DNA of 64,000 nt from assembly GCF_009914755.1 (NCBI RefSeq), contig NC_060934.1, one strand, 5' to 3'. Under the pieces are notes generated by a model. That model ran no database searches. It saw only the letters and a list, made by a program, of their open reading frames with translations, and was not told the DNA's origin. The position numbers were made by a program, and so were the translations under genes. This stretch comes from the human T2T-CHM13v2.0 reference genome, Homo sapiens. Of the stretch, positions 1-15,300 are shown in pieces. Within the stretch, counting starts at the first letter, position 1. Each line of letters opens with the position of its first letter.

Positions 1-3000
1 CTAACTATCCCCAGTAGAACTTACTGCCTAAACTGGATGGTAGCCCATCCCTGTCCATCAGAGAAAAGGAAAGGAGGGTGAATATGCCACTTGACAATTT
101 TCTTTCACAGCTGGCCTTTCCCAATAGCCACATGGGTTTCCAATATTATCCTCATGTTACAGATATGGAAACTGAGGAGCAGAATGGCCACATGCTGGCC
201 ACAGAGTGGCTATTCAGTGGCAGAGTAGGATTCGAAGCCTTTCTTGGGGCCTGGGAGAAGTACCCCGTCTTGCTTTTTGAATGCACATGCAGCAGGGTTC
301 AGAAGCCCCCAAATGTGTTGATGTCTTTGATTCATTGCTGTAGTACCCAGGCCCCGTCCTTCAAAGCCACTAACTTTGTGATGTTCCCCTGACTCCCCTG
401 CCAGCCAGCGTTCTGCTCTCCTAACTCACGGCTCCCCCATCACCTTGACCTTAGGTTTGGGTTGGCCAGTCCCCCAGCTAGACCAAGAGCTCTCTGAGGA
501 CATAGGCCGAATCTTGCTCATCTTGGCATCCTGACAAGCTCAGACTCTCTGAAGCCCAGCTCCTGGGGCCAATGCGGGATCAGCACTGGGCATCTTCTCT
601 CCAGCTGTCTTCCTGCCGGCCCCCGCAACTTCTGCTCTGCTAGAATCCTGTGCGGTGACTCAGCCTCTGGGCAATGTTCCTTCTTCCAGTTCCCCAATTT
701 GGGGAAATGACTTCGACCCACAGCAAGCATCTCTAGCTTACCCAGGAGGATCTGTCTTCAAGGACCCAAGGCACAGAGGTTTTTGTTGCTTGTTGCATAA
801 TTTGCCCAGGATCATCCAGTGAGCTAATACTTCCAGTCCTGACAGCTCATGTAGTCTGCTTGGATACCTGACCCGGCCATTTCCATCTGGGCCTCTCCGC
901 TTACAGGAATGGAAGATCAAAGCTCAGGGAGGCCCCACAGGCTAATCACCAGGAACGGGCCGACATTCCTGGAGGAATGCAGGGGGTGCCACTAGCAGCA
1001 TCTCCCAAGCCCATTCAAGGCAGCCCCACAGGTTGTTTGCAGGCCTCTACTGGGAATCTTGGTGGCACTGCCTCTCATCCAGGGACCACAAACAAAGTCC
1101 TCCTGGGTGCAACTCAGGGCACTGGAATGGGCAGCCCCAGAGACCTGTTTGCCCCAACTCCCAGAGGACAGTGGGGAGAGAGGCATACCAAAAATAGCTC
1201 CACAACCATGGCACAAGCCTCCAGTGGATTCACCAAGAGGCAGCAGAGTGTACAGGGGAGAACTGTGGATGACCTGAACCGTCTGGCCCTTGGCCTTCTT
1301 AACTGTAAAATAGGCATCACAATACCCATACTTTACAGGGCAGTGGTGATAATTATAAGAAAAAAGGTGTTTCGTTCCCTGCCTGACATATAGGAGGTGC
1401 TTTAATAATCTCTTTCTTGTCTTTCCCATCAGTTTCATCGGTTTCTGATATTAAGTCTCCAGAAAGCAGCAAATGGGTCTAACTTGAGCCCTAAATCCCC
1501 TTGTCCTGGGATAACCATCCTGGGGCCTCAGCTAGGTTTGTGGTGACCTAGGATTAGGTTCTCTCACTGAGCGGCTTCCTGCCCCATTCCCTTCCTGTCT
1601 CTTTTGCCTCTGGGAACCATCTTGTCTTCTTGGTTCCCAAGAATTGGTCTAGTACGGATCCCACCCCAATCCAAGGAGAAAAGGCCACACTCAAACCAGA
1701 TACTCCCCTAGTCCAGATACCCCACAACACTGGCCCAGACCAGGTTTCTCATTCTAGAGACTCGCCACAGTTACAGTGACTGGTCAGGCAGTGGTGACTG
1801 ACACCCATGAGTACCAGTGAGTGATACAGCTCTTCCCACACTGACCTGTCAATCTCTGGTGCCTCCCACCCCCAGCACCCACAGGGGAGAGGCCTGCAGA
1901 GAGCCAACCACCTTGTCCCACAACCAACCAGCAACCACAGTCCCCTCAGCTGGGTCAGAGCGGGCAACTGTATGTGTCCCCTGTAGACTGTCTGCTCCAT
2001 AAAGATGGAGATCAAGTCTTTCCTGTTCACCTCTGTGCATCAGTGCCTGGCATACAGCAGGAGATAAAGGCTGGGGAATGAGTGAATTGAATGAACAAAT
2101 GTCTGATCTCTAGCTCCTGACTATACCCTTGCTTGGTTGCTGGGTTCTGGTTTTCTCCGCTCTGAATAAGGCCCAGCCTTTGATCAATATTCTACCACTG
2201 TTTAACAGGAAGATCCAAGTACCTGAGGGCAGAGAGATGGGTAGAAAGCTGGGGGAAGTCACTGACCTGGCCTGCCTGCCACACTGCCATCTCCCAGCCT
2301 CCATGGGGTCCTCCAACCACCTCTTGGGGGGCCCTTGGAGGGAGGCCTCTATGGGGAGGTCTAGACGGAGTCAGATAATAGTAGTCAGGGGTGGGGGGAT
2401 GGAGGTAGGGGATTATTTTGCCCCTTTAAATATACCCTGGCTGTGGCAGGCCAAGATACCCCCAATGAGTCCCAGCTGTCACCCATGAGGAGCCACAGCT
2501 TCACTCCCCAGGAAGCGGGCAATACTGCAATATCATGGCATCAGCTCCAGCTCCCCAGCTCTGGCATAGCCCTTAGATTGGATTTGGATGTCTCCGTCCC
2601 TCAAATCTCACTGTCCTGTCTCTGGGTCAGAGTTCCTGCCCAACCTGGCTATGATTCCACCCAGCCCCTTACCCTGGAACCACTTCTAGAATGGATTTTC
2701 TCCTTCAAGGGCCTTGAGGTGGTAGGATGACCTCCTGGGAGTGGAGAGACCAGGGTGTGGAGGGCAGGTCAGGCCCCTGAGGTCCAAATGCTCCTCTCAC
2801 CTGGCACATGAGCACCAACAAGATGCTCTAGCTCCACTGAATGTAGAGGCCCTTTAAATCCAAGGAGGCAAGTTTGTGTCTGGTTGTGCAGTCAGGCCTG
2901 GGACATGGAGCCTCACTTGGTGCTTGCACATGGTGCTTGGAAACAGAAGAACAGGGTTAAATTCTCCTGAGGGAGCCAGCGAGACAGGAACCCTGGATGC

Positions 3001-5496
3001 TCATTCTCCCCATGCAAAGCCCAGGTGCCGAGGTAACTATCCTCTCTCTCCTACAAGGAGCAGCCAGTTAAAATCCCACCCTGTGGGCAATGAGGTTCAA
3101 GCCACCCTGGTTCTGCTCCGGTTATCAATGCTGGGGAAAGCACACTCCACATAATGCCAGTGCTCCGGAGCAGCGTCGTTCATGCCCAAGCACGAAAGAG
3201 TCAATCAGATGCTTGCCCAGGAGGCACTGGTTAAGGCAGGGGGAGGGGAGGAGAAGAGGGTCCCCTAGGGGTGGGTTGGAGCCCGGAGGGATGAGAATCT
3301 CCTATTCTGTTATCTTCAGGAGCTGGTTAAGGTCTGCTCCAACGTGCTAGCCACTTCTTTGCTATCCCTGCCCGACTTCCTTCCCACCCACATATCCACG
3401 CAGGAAAGATGCATGGCAAGCACTCAGAGAATGCCAGGACACGGGCTGGTGGGCACGACACAGGTGAGGCGATGAGAAGGGCCCAGGTAGACAAGAAAGA
3501 GTATGGAAAAACAGGATTCCCCAGTGCACACAAGAAGAAATGGGGTAGTAAAAGGGTCAGGCAAATCCCTACCCCGATACCAGTGGGGGTCAGGGGAGCC
3601 CTCCAATGTTTGGCTTTTGAGATCCCTGCACCAAGCCTCTCTTTAAGCGCCAGAGCTATTGCTTTCATGGCTCTTGTTTAACTTGAGAAGGACGGGGGAG
3701 GGGGCCAAGGAAAACTGCATTCTTCCCCATCAAAGCCAAGAGTCTAAAGTAATACTTCTGGTTGTAACTGATCCCAGCCTGTTTGTGATTACGGGCCCTT
3801 TGCTTGCTTTCTGGCAGGGCGGCCCTGGAACCCCGCAGCCCAGCCGACAGGGAGAGACACCCTCGCTCACTTGGATAATCTTGTCCTCATCTGACATAAC
3901 CAAAAACGTCCATCAGCCTCTCTGCTTTCAGCAGTTCTCCAGGGCAACTCTTCAAAACATTATTTTAAAAAGGAGGGGAAGCCACCCCAAACTCCTATCA
4001 TGAAATTCCATGACATTCATCATATTCTTTCTGTTCCCGGCACTATCCTAAAAACCACGAGAAGCACCAGCTGGCCCACTGGCTATTGCAAATTGCAAGA
4101 TCAGATCGTCTTTTGCTCCTGCCCCACCTCCCACCCTTTTGTCAGGGGAGAAAATGCACGTGCCCCCTCGCGTGCGTGTGCACACCCTTTGGCTGCCATA
4201 GTACAGAAGTGGCTCAGGGAAGCTCAAGACTATGTCTCAGCTGTTCCTTCTCCAGAAATTTAATCTGTGATGCATTTGGCTGCACAAAGCCCATTCCAAA
4301 GGTGTTCAGGAGTCCACGATCCCTGTGATCATCATTACAAACCCAAAGACGTTTGTAGCCAGTGACCCATTTGGCTGCGGGGAAGAGCTGGCTGAAGGCT
4401 TGCCAACATGGTCAAATTCCCCTCGCCTGCTCCCTCTGAGCTGAAACTGGCCCGTTTTCAGGTCCCTAGGGGTAAGATGGAATCTTAGGAGCTCCAGAAC
4501 TGCAGAGATAAAGTGGGCTTCTTGCCCAGCTTGGTAACAGCACAGTCGTCAGGGGAATGGGGAAGCTTGGTATCTGGAAAGCAACCATGGCCACTGTCTC
4601 CACTCCTAATCACCCCTCCATGCTGTGGATGAGCAAAGCCGGTGCTCAGAGAGGTGAAGTGGCTTGCCTGAGGTCACTTGGCTGTTTGGTGGCTGAGCTT
4701 AGAGTCTGGGTTGACCAAGCTCCTCTTACGCAAAGCCTGGCCTTCCTCCCTCGATGGCACGCCACTGCTCTGCCCATTAACATGACACTCTGAGCACCAT
4801 GCCAAGTGGCTATTCCTTGACCCAATGCCTCGAGCAAGAAGTGAGTGTCTAGAACTGGCAGAAAGCCCCACCAGTGCACAGAAAGGTCATTTGGCCAAAC
4901 CAGGCATGGGAGACTCAAGTAGCCAGTGCTTCAGGTGCTGGCTTGCAGTCTCAAGCGCAAGACCCCAAGCCTTGTATCCTTGCCAACCTGCATGCTACCC
5001 CTGATCGCAGCAGCTCAAGATGCTGCTGTAATCAAAAGATGGTGAGCACGCTGAGCAGAGAGAAGGCTGGGGCCTGTGAGAATGCCGCTTAAAAGTACAG
5101 AAAACAAAAGAGAAAGACATCATGTCCAGAAACACCAGAGCTGGATGCCTGGCCAACCTCAACAGCAACCTCACCCCCTTCCTGGGGGAAGGGAGGAACA
5201 CAAGGGGCTGAGGAGGCAGAGCCTCTGGACCTGAGGGGGGACTCAGCCAGCTGTAGGGCAGCCCCACCTTCCCTGGAGCACACCATGCATCCTTCCCAGC
5301 CTGACACTGGCCCCCAGAAGCCTTGCTAGATGGGGGAGTTTGCATTCTCCAGTTGGGGCACGTGAAGCTGATCTTGTGGGGAGAGGAGAGGGGAGTTAGA
5401 AAAACAGGCTCTTTAAATGCACAGGGATGGGGAGGTGCCTTTGCCTGGCTCCAGGCTCTAGCCCTAGTAACAGGCGGAAGGGCCCAGGCCAGGTGA

Positions 5497-5539
5497 GCAG
5501 CAGCTCAGCAGCGGCAGCAGCTCAGCAGCGGCAGCAGCT
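5497..5539 (+). repeat. 2.5 copies of a CAG-rich 17-mer
   Basis: GCAGCAGCTCAGCAGCG x2 plus GCAGCAGCT. Confidence 0.9.
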
Positions 5540-8500
5540 GGAGAGCCCTGCTCCCCCTCCTCCCCTCACCTGGCACCTGCCGCATCACTCCCCAGTCCTC
5601 CTGGGACCTCAGAGACAGCCACCACTGCACCAGCAGCCCACAGATGTGCCACAGCCCTGCCTCAAACTCACTATGATGCTGGGCACGTGGCTTCACTTTT
5701 CCAGGCCTCCGCTATCCCTCAGCCCCTCAGCGCAATGGGGAAGAACAGAGGAAAAGCTCTCTTTGTCTATATTTAAGGCCCTTCAAAGCCCTTGACCAGT
5801 TCCTCCAGCTTCTCTCAGGCAGCCCCCAGGCACTGTGGCTGGATCACACCTGTCCACCTGTCCACTTCACCCTCCACACCTCCACATGCATCATTCAGGT
5901 TCACTCTGCTTGGAGCACCTTCCTCCTTCAGCTTTGCCAGCCACCTGGGGCCTGCCCCTTGTTCAAGGCCTACCTTCTCCAGAAGTAGGCCTTCTGGACC
6001 CACCCAGTCCAGGCCCTGTCCCTGTCTCTGAGCAAACTTGACAGTATTCATGAAAGCTCACGGTGCCCAGAGCAGATTGTGCCATCCTTCTGAGTCCTAG
6101 CTCCAGTCCTCAGCCACACTTTGCTTTCTGCCTTGCACACTGTAGGTGCAGAGTGAAAATGACTGACTCACTACACCTGGGCTTTTTACCTTGCAGGTAA
6201 AGAGACAGCCCTAGGATGCTGTCACCTTCAGCAATGGGAAGACAGGGACAGCTGCCTCTTGTCCACGTGCACCCCAGTGCTGGCCATGCCACAGGGCACA
6301 CAGTAGATGCTCATGTTTGTTGACTGAATGAGCAAACCACATCCTATGGAAGCAGCCCCTGCATATAGGATTTCACTGAGGGCTGAGATGTGATGAATGC
6401 TGGGGTAGGGGTGCGGAAGGAGAGAGGGTGGCAGGTGGCAGGTCTTCCTTAGGGGGTTTGTGTTTGGGGGAGTGGCCAGGATGGGTCTGCATAGTGGAAA
6501 GAAGAAGGCACTGTAGGCTGGAGTGCTGACCAGCCTCCCGGCAGCTGGGTCCCCACAGCTACACACCTCACACCCTTGGTGCTGCCCACCAGGTAAGCAG
6601 ACTGACCTACCCACACAGACCAGCCCCTCCCCAAGGACCTGGTAAGCCAAAGGTGGGAATGCTCGTGCAACTCTCTTGTGGGAAAAGAGTCAACATGCTT
6701 CTCTTCCCTTTCAGATTCCCTCTGACCTGCTGCCCCTGGCCTTTCTCCTGCCCCAGTGGGGCTTTAGCACAACTGACCGCTGCTTTCCTGCGCTCTGTGG
6801 CCAGGGAACTCATGTGGTGAAGCACTCTGGAGTTTGGCTTTGCAAAGAAGTGAAATCTACAATGCAAATATCCAGATCTCCAAACCCTGGTCAAATGGCA
6901 GTGACTGAAGCTCATGCCCCACCTCCCAGCTGTGCAACCTTGGGGCAAGTCACTTCACCTCTCTGGGCTTCAACTTCCTCCTTGGAAAGACAGAATGCCA
7001 ACATCCATCCTGCCTCTTGCCAAGATGTTTTATAGACTGCATGGTTTTATATCTTGTAAAACATAAAATACTGTGATTCAGAAAGAGATCACCTTTAAAA
7101 AAGTCCAAAATCCCCCCCTCTTAGCTAGCACGAGCAGGCATCTCTCCAGGTGGCCTTGACCTCCCCAATAACCCTCCTGGCAGGAGTGTGGAAGAACAGA
7201 ACATGCAGGCTTCTGGCCACTGTCCTTAGAGCTTTCCAGGACATGGGGATCCCAGGGCAACCTGTGGCACTGCCAACGGGCCCCGTCACAAGAGGAGAGA
7301 GGGATCTGCTATCGCACACCAGTCTCAAAACCCACCCACAGTTCACTTGCTTTATGGACAGTCCTTGGCAAACTTACTCTGAGTTTGGCCTTTGCTCATT
7401 TCCCATGGTGCTCCTGGGCCACTTCCCCACAATCCGATCCAATAAAAACTCAGGGGAGGCAAACGAACTTTAGCCGGAGCCTGAGAGATGCCCAGCTAAG
7501 AAGGGGAGTGTGGAGCTGGGGCTAAGACAGTTGGATGAAACAAAACCAATGATAATCATGCACGGCATATTTCAGAGGGAAATGAACTCGGGGGTTCTAT
7601 GAGCCAGAAGCTTCCGTCAGTTTCCTGGGATTCCACAGCTCAGCTCCCAGGATGGGGAGTCCTGCTGAGCCCTGGCTCCCCCAGACTTTGCAGGCCATCT
7701 GGGTGAACTGGGTCACCACAGCTACACCCCCACAATGAGGCCAGGATTCTAGGTCAGCACTGGAAACCCAGAGGATGAGGTTATGGAATCTGAAAAGATG
7801 CTGAGAGGGATGAGGGCAGCTATCCCCCACTCCCACCGGAACAATTACAGAAAACCCAACTGCTGAAGGGTGTAATATCACATGGCCACAGGATAAGCTG
7901 GGGAGAGAATGAGGAAGGGGCAATTTCCCAACCCAAATTCCCCAAGGTCCTGAAAAATTATACTCCCCAGAAAGTGTTTGCTTTACACTTTGCTGAAATC
8001 TGTTACGTAACAGTGGAGAAAATGTGTGGGGTGATCTTTTCCCTGCACTTCAGCCGGGGAGGGGGGTGAGAGACCTGTCATTTCCACTGAGGACAAAGGC
8101 AGTGTCTGTGTGTTGGGGGCAGGCAGAGGATCTCCAGGGCTGCCCACTCACAGGACACCTGTGCAAAGGTACACCTGAGTCAGAGGAGGCAAGTCACCTC
8201 TGTCAGCTCCGCTGCGGGGCTTCGAGTAGGCAGGCAGTGACAGCTGTACCTAGAATAATACTCCTTGGCCCGGCACCCGTCTCTGCCCTTGCTCACTCCT
8301 GCCCTCCCAGAACCAGCGTGCCTTCTGCTGTTCCCTGCATTCACCAAGGCCCACCTGTCCCCAGCTTTAACAACACCTCAGTGGTGTCTTTCCTGACCAC
8401 ACCCCTGCCCCCTCCCTGCTGCTGACCTCTCCACAGCGCCTGCTTGTTTCCTGACTTGTACTTGTCAACACCTAGAATTACTTCCTTGGTTTACTTGTTA

Positions 8501-9899
8501 CATGTCTCTTCGCAATATTTGAGCCCCATGAGGGCTTTGTTGGCCTCTGTCACTTCTGGATCCCAGCCTGACACTTAGTCAGCTCGTACAGATTTACTGA
8601 TGACCGACCGACCAGCCATCGGAAGACCGGCTTCACAGGCCCCTTGGTGTTCAAACTTGGAAAAATAACATTTTGGAGATGCTCATGGGCTCAGTCAGTA
8701 GAAACCTGTTTGTCCCCCAAAGGGAAGGCGGCCAGGTATTGCCCTGAGGCTACAACTCGGGTGGGCAGTGGTTGTCACTCTGGCACTTCTGTGGGATTTC
8801 CAGGGCTGCATGCCACACCGAGGCCACCACTAACCCATATATTTTGCTGAGAAATAACTATTCAAGGAAAATGGCCTTGGAGGAGTTTGGGACATGAGAG
8901 GTCCACAGAGCCAGTAGGTCCACAGAGTCAGGCCACAGCAACTGGACACCAGGCCTGTCCAACCTGGGCAGGGTGACAGCATGGTGGAGGGAGCACCCCC
9001 ATGCTCACTGCCCCACCTGCCTGCCTGGCAGCTGGCTCCACGCAGGTAGCTGGCAGCACTTGGCATTGACAAGCCCTTGGATGCCTCCCTGACAATAGGC
9101 ACTGTGGATCCAGCTGGAAGAAAGCACTATTTGCAGAGCTGCCCAGCCCCTGCCACACCTGTGCCTGCCACCCTCCTCCCCACACAGCCCGGAGGGCTTG
9201 CCTCAAGGCTCACCCTTCTCAGGGAGTTCTCTGGCTCACCAGCTTCCCGAGGCCCCACCCTCCCACCTCCTGCTGCCCAGCTCCCGCTTTTCTTCTGCTT
9301 GGGGCACATAGATGCATGCCTGCTTTGCAGTCGCAGCCCCACCACGCCCTGTACTCCTCGCTCTGCCTGTCTAATCCCTTCATTCTCCCAGCCCTGCTCA
9401 ATGCCTCCAGGAAGCCTTCTCGACTATGCTTGTCTTCACCCCTGACACTTCAGCTCTGCACCATGCAACAGGGCTACTGAGGGACCATCAGCGTGGGGTT
9501 GTCATGAAAGCCCCCAATCCCATGAGGCCACCAATGGGACCCTGACTTGTGTCGCCAACCCTTCTTCCTGCTGGACTCTGTTGATTAGGCTGGGACAAGG
9601 ATAACTGCCCAAGCAAGAACTCCAGGGGAGTGAGTCTGGCCCCAGAATGGGTTGTCCTGGCCTCACTGCCTGACAGTAAACCCCTCTGCTGCTATAGCCA
9701 CCTCACAGACCCTCAGGAGTGACAGTCCTCAGATACCACCAAGTCAGTTCTATGACCAGATGGGGGAAATTGAGGCCACAAGAGAGAAACTGGCCCCCTG
9801 CAGGTCCCAGGGTCGATCTGTGGCAGAGCTGCCCCAATCAGTGGTCTTTCTAGTGGCTGTCACTTATTGAGCACCCACTGTGTGTCAGGCCCTGCATGA

Positions 9900-10064
<165 letters not shown>

Positions 10065-10830
10065 TGAATTCCTTTAGAATTAGCATATACCAACCCTATA
10101 GCTGTGGGTACAATTATCCCCATTTTACAGGTAAGGAAACTGATGCTGAGAGGACCCAAGAAACTTCCCCAGGATCAGCACAGGAAGTAACCAAATCAAG
10201 ATGAAAAGCAGCCTTCTCTAACACGAAGTCCATGTTCCTAACTGCTAGGCTATCCTGCAGTCTCCTTCTCAACATAATCTTGATCCTGGAGTGAATAAAG
10301 CTGAGTGGAAGGGCCCAAGACTGGGGGGCTAGCATGCCTGCCTCTGCTCCTGGCTTTATGCTCCCAGGCCCTTTCCCCTCCAGCCAGCTCTGTGAAGTGG
10401 GTAACGGCTGCACACTGGAGATCGTCTTGGGCCAAAAGGGACTCTGCTGATTAGCCTGATATAGCAAGAACACACACACAGGCTGCACTCTGAAGAGAAG
10501 GGCTGTCAGTGCACAAGGCTTTCTGATGGCTGGGACAGGACCTCGTGGGGCCAGGCACCACCTCTGTGGCACCACATCTAAATGGAGTCTGGTTCACTGG
10601 AGCCAAACTCTTAAAAGACTGTTGCAGAAATAAGCATGTTAGTTCAGTTTTCCGCAATGCAGACTACAATAAACCTGCCCTTCTAGAAACAGCCTAGCCT
10701 ATCTTTGTTGGGACACTTCTTTTCTAGGAGCAGGCGAATGTGGAAGTCTGAATTATAATAGTAATCAGGTGGTTACATAGTAAGCACAGAATCTAAGCAA
10801 GATGTAGAAGATACACATAAAATCCGTTTA

Positions 10831-11166
<336 letters not shown>

Positions 11167-11559
11167 CTATCCCAGGCTCACAATACAGTCTACCAGAATG
11201 AGCACATCAATTAGACTCTAAGCTCCATAAAGGCAGGAACCTCATGGATGTATACACAATTAGCACAAAGTATTCAAGTATTCAAGAATGGTGAAATAAA
11301 CGAGTGAATAAATGAACCACTCCTACATACAGTATACTTCATCCTTACAGAAAGCCCATGTAGTATGTATCACTAGCCCCTCTTAACCATCAGAAAACAA
11401 ATTGATTTCTACTTATATCACACAGTATATAGACTTAGATCTTAAACCCCGTACTGGAATTCTGGATTCTTCACCCTCTCCACCACATGCACAGGTACTG
11501 AACAAGTAAAATGGCTGTAGCCACCATGTTTTTGGGTAACTTTTCTTTAAAACCTACCC

Positions 11560-12390
11560 ACCAACAGCCTCTGCTGAAGAGGTTGGTTAGGTAACCATGT
11601 TTATACTCTGTGATGGTTCTCCAGGACACAGCTTATTGGACCAGGGCTGGACACCCGATCTAACGTTTGCCAATCCATTGCTGGTGAGAAAACAATCAGA
11701 TTCAAACTTCGAATTCTGAACTCAGAGAACCAGAGGTCAAACTCAGTTGTCGGGAGAGATCTCAACTGAAAAGTCATGCAAGTCTGGTCCTGAGAAACCA
11801 ACGCCACTCAAACAAGCTGCTGTCATGGTCGGATGAGAGGAGAAGGCAGGCTGGTCTACAGTTAGAAGAGCATAGCTGTGCTTTAAATCTGCATGGTAGC
11901 TGGGCGCGGTGGCTCATGCCTGTGATCCCAGCACTTTGGGAGGCCGAGGCGGGTGGATCACCTGAGGTAAGGAGTTTGAGACCAGCCTGGCCAACATAGT
12001 AAAACCCTGTCTCTACTAAAAATACAAAAATTAGTCAGCCGTGGTAGCAGGTGCCTGTAATCCCAACTACTTGGAGGCTAAGGCAGGAGAATCGCTTGAC
12101 CCAGGAGGTGGAGGTTGCAGTGAGCCGAGATCATGCCACTGCACTCCAGCCTGGGCAACAAGAGTGAAACTCCATCTCAAAAAAAAAAAAAAAAAAAATC
12201 TACATGGTAAGTAAGAGAGACAGAGAAGCTGCTTTGGCTCGTGCTGACTTTTGGTTCCCAGTTCCAGCCTCCTAAGGCTGATTTACTTCTCACCCCTGGG
12301 TTTGGTGAGATTTTCCTTTATTGCTTCAACAGTCTCTTGAGAAAGTCTGAGTGAATTTCTGTTCTCCGCTCACAACTCAACTGGGACTAA
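11560..12390. mobile_element. Old ERVL-class LTR remnant (LTR33/LTR16-like) interrupted by the Alu
   Basis: attggaccagggctggacacccgatc...ccaatc...aatcagattc resembles LTR33/16 cores; degenerate. Confidence 0.4.
11899..12198 (+). mobile_element. AluS, full length
   Basis: Two arms, poly(A), TSD aaatctgcatggta / aaatctacatggta. Confidence 0.93.
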
Positions 12391-15300
12391 AGCATTGACC
12401 CTAGAGGGGAGTAAAAATTCTCAAATTCTTCCCAAGGTTTGGTTTTCTCACTTGTAAAAAAAATGATGGACCAGGAGCTCAAAATTTCTTGCTTCCATGG
12501 AAGTATAAGAACTCCCAATGTATCATGCCCGGTGCCAGGAAGTAAGCAAAGACTCAGAGAAGAAAGGTGAGGCAGGAAAAATTTTGTTGACTCATCTCCC
12601 CACTTCTTCCCCTGGCCTGCAGTCCTAAGAAGGAAACAATCCTAGGAAGTTGGATGCAGCTTTGCTCAACACACAAATCAGAGTGACCAGGACCCTGATG
12701 TCACCACGCTGCCAGAAATTATGCCTGCTGGAGAGGGAAGCCAATGCAGTATTTGAGGCAAATGAATGTCCTAAAGAGGAGGCGCCTTATGCACTTTTGC
12801 TTATGTCAAGGGTAGAGGGGTTTCCAAAGACAAAGTAACAATGGCGGCTGCATGCCCTGGTATGGCTTGCTGGGTGGCAAAGCTACCAAAGCTATGAATC
12901 TTCCTGCTCTATGTGTCCCTGTATATCAATGGAGAAAAAGAGTCCTCTTCTGGTCTGGCCCTAGGCCCACTGGTTGATCACAAATGCTTTCCTTAAAGCT
13001 ATTCAAGTCTCACTTTGGGTTTGACTCCTGTTCTCTGGAACAGGTTTGTCCTCAGTCCTAGGTACACATCACCTTCCTCAGACCCTCTCAGCTGTTTCTT
13101 GTCCCTAAGTTCAATGGATCAATGAACAACATGAATTCCCATTAGCTGGAAGGAGGGATGCAGAGACAACCTTCCCCACAGATGTTCCAGGGAGCTCTAC
13201 AGCCATCTCACCCAGCCTGCATCTCGCCTCAACCTACAGCATTGCCAACTTGGACTTCTACCCTTCCCACCTGGGATGGGCCCATTCTCAGCCTCCCTGC
13301 ATGACCTCTGTTGAGGGGAGAGATCTTAGCTCTTGGACTCTAAGGCAATTACTTAGCCTCTTAGCCTATTACTTCAGCCACAAATTGGTTAAACTGCCTT
13401 CTACTGCATGGTGTTGTTCCATGATATCCCAAAAGAATGATGTATGTGAAGCATGTGGCCTGCCACCTGGTGTTTACTGACTCAGAATCACCTTCCATGC
13501 ACATCTCTCTTTAGACCAATGAGAGCACAGAGGGGCTCTGATGAGCAGGCAGAGCCAGAGGTGGCTGGGTCCCCCTGTGGACACTCTACTTGAGGCACTC
13601 CCAGCCAAGTGAGAGGGGACAAAGGCAGAGTCCTGGCACCCTGTGGGCAAGGCAAGGCCCAGGGAGGTGGGGATGGTGCTGGCTGGGGCCATTGCCCAAC
13701 AACGCAAATGGAAATGCCTCAACACACCCACTGTGTCCCAAGGTCAAAGGCTTCACAATTGGGTCTTTGTTCCTGAGTTCAAAAGCCTCACTCACCACTC
13801 CTTCAGGTTGCACAAGACGCCTCCTCTCCCCCACCGTCAGGCCTCCAGCTTCCCTGAACTGGGAAGCGACCATCCCAGAGATCTGCAGCTTGGCCCTCTT
13901 CCTTTCTCCCCTCCACCCACTTCATTTCTCTGGTTAGGCTGGATGTATACTCCAGGCCTCCTAGTAGATAGCAACAGACGGGTTTGAATAGGTAGGCACA
14001 GCACTGCAGGTCCTGTGCAAATATCTGCAGCTGAGCAGCTGTCTCTACCAACGGTAAAGATACGAAACTCCCAGAAGTAGAAAAGCCATGTTCAGGGAAG
14101 CTCTTTCTACCCGACACCTTGAGTCCCACCAAGTTTCCCAGCCTTGGAGTTCAGACCTGAGAGAGAGCTCAGGGAGGTCATTTGCTCCAGCCCCTGCTTC
14201 CAACCAGCCACAAGGTCATCTCCATTTTATGGAAGGAATAACTGAAGCCCAGAGAAGTTAAGGGACATGAAGCCCCCCAGCAGGCAGTGGCAGGTAGAAT
14301 GCGGCTTCTAAGAACAGCAGCTCCCTCACACAGTCTGCGTGCCAGACTGGCCTGCTCTGGCCACGGGTGGCCGTGGGGAGCTGGGGTGCCTGGGCCACCT
14401 CTAACAGCCATCAGCAGCTCCTCAGGAGAGCAGGCATCTCCCCCTTTGTCAAGGCTCCTTCCCCCAATCCTAGGACTCCAGTGTCCCAGGGTCCTGTAGA
14501 TGGGATAGGAGGGGAGAGGGCGCACATGCCCTGGGAATCCTGGAGTCTTCCAGCAGGATGACTTCCTCTTGTGTGCTCTCATCTTCAGCCATCCTGGCCA
14601 GTGGCTGGCAGCCCCCAAAGACCTGGGGGCTCACTACCTCCTGCTGCTCAAGGGTTAAACGGCTATGGTGTGACAGGCAGGCGTGGTGGGAGAACCATTG
14701 GTTTGCTCAGAACTTCCCTAGCCAGAAGTTCTGAGAAGAACCAACCACCTTTCCTGATGCAAGCTCTACAACAAACATCTCCCTCGCCTGAGGTCTCCCA
14801 TGTCACCATTAGAGATCCATTGCTTTGGGTCTTCAGGTACTGGGGGTTTCCAGAGCCAGACCCCCATGACATTGCTAGCTTCCTTTGCGGGCAGGGACGT
14901 GGCACCATGAGCATGACAAAGGCTGAGGACAAAGCTGCCCAGGGAGGAGCCCAGTGTGGGCACCTGGGACGAAAGGTTGAGGCCTCACAGCAGGGACATG
15001 GCTCTGCCAGGGAGGACTGTCACTGCTGACCACCTTGGTGATGACTCCAGGCACAAGGGCAGACACAGTCTGACCTGAGAGGGGAGCAGGCACTTCGAAG
15101 ACCTCAGAGCAGGAGGGCCACAAGTCAGACCCTATACGCATATCACAGCCCTGTTCTCTGGAGCCACTGGTGGCAGGAGCCTGCACCCACCTCCCCCAGG
15201 AGGCCCACTGGGATTTCCTTAGCATCTCCACAGCTCCTGGCCACCAGGAGGCACAGGGTTCTGCTTTGGATCTCAGGAGACTCCCTTCCCCGCAACCTCC

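Noticed and set aside
12835-12850. YY1-like AATGGCGGC and scattered single AP-1 sites
   Set aside because: Isolated short motifs at a frequency compatible with chance.
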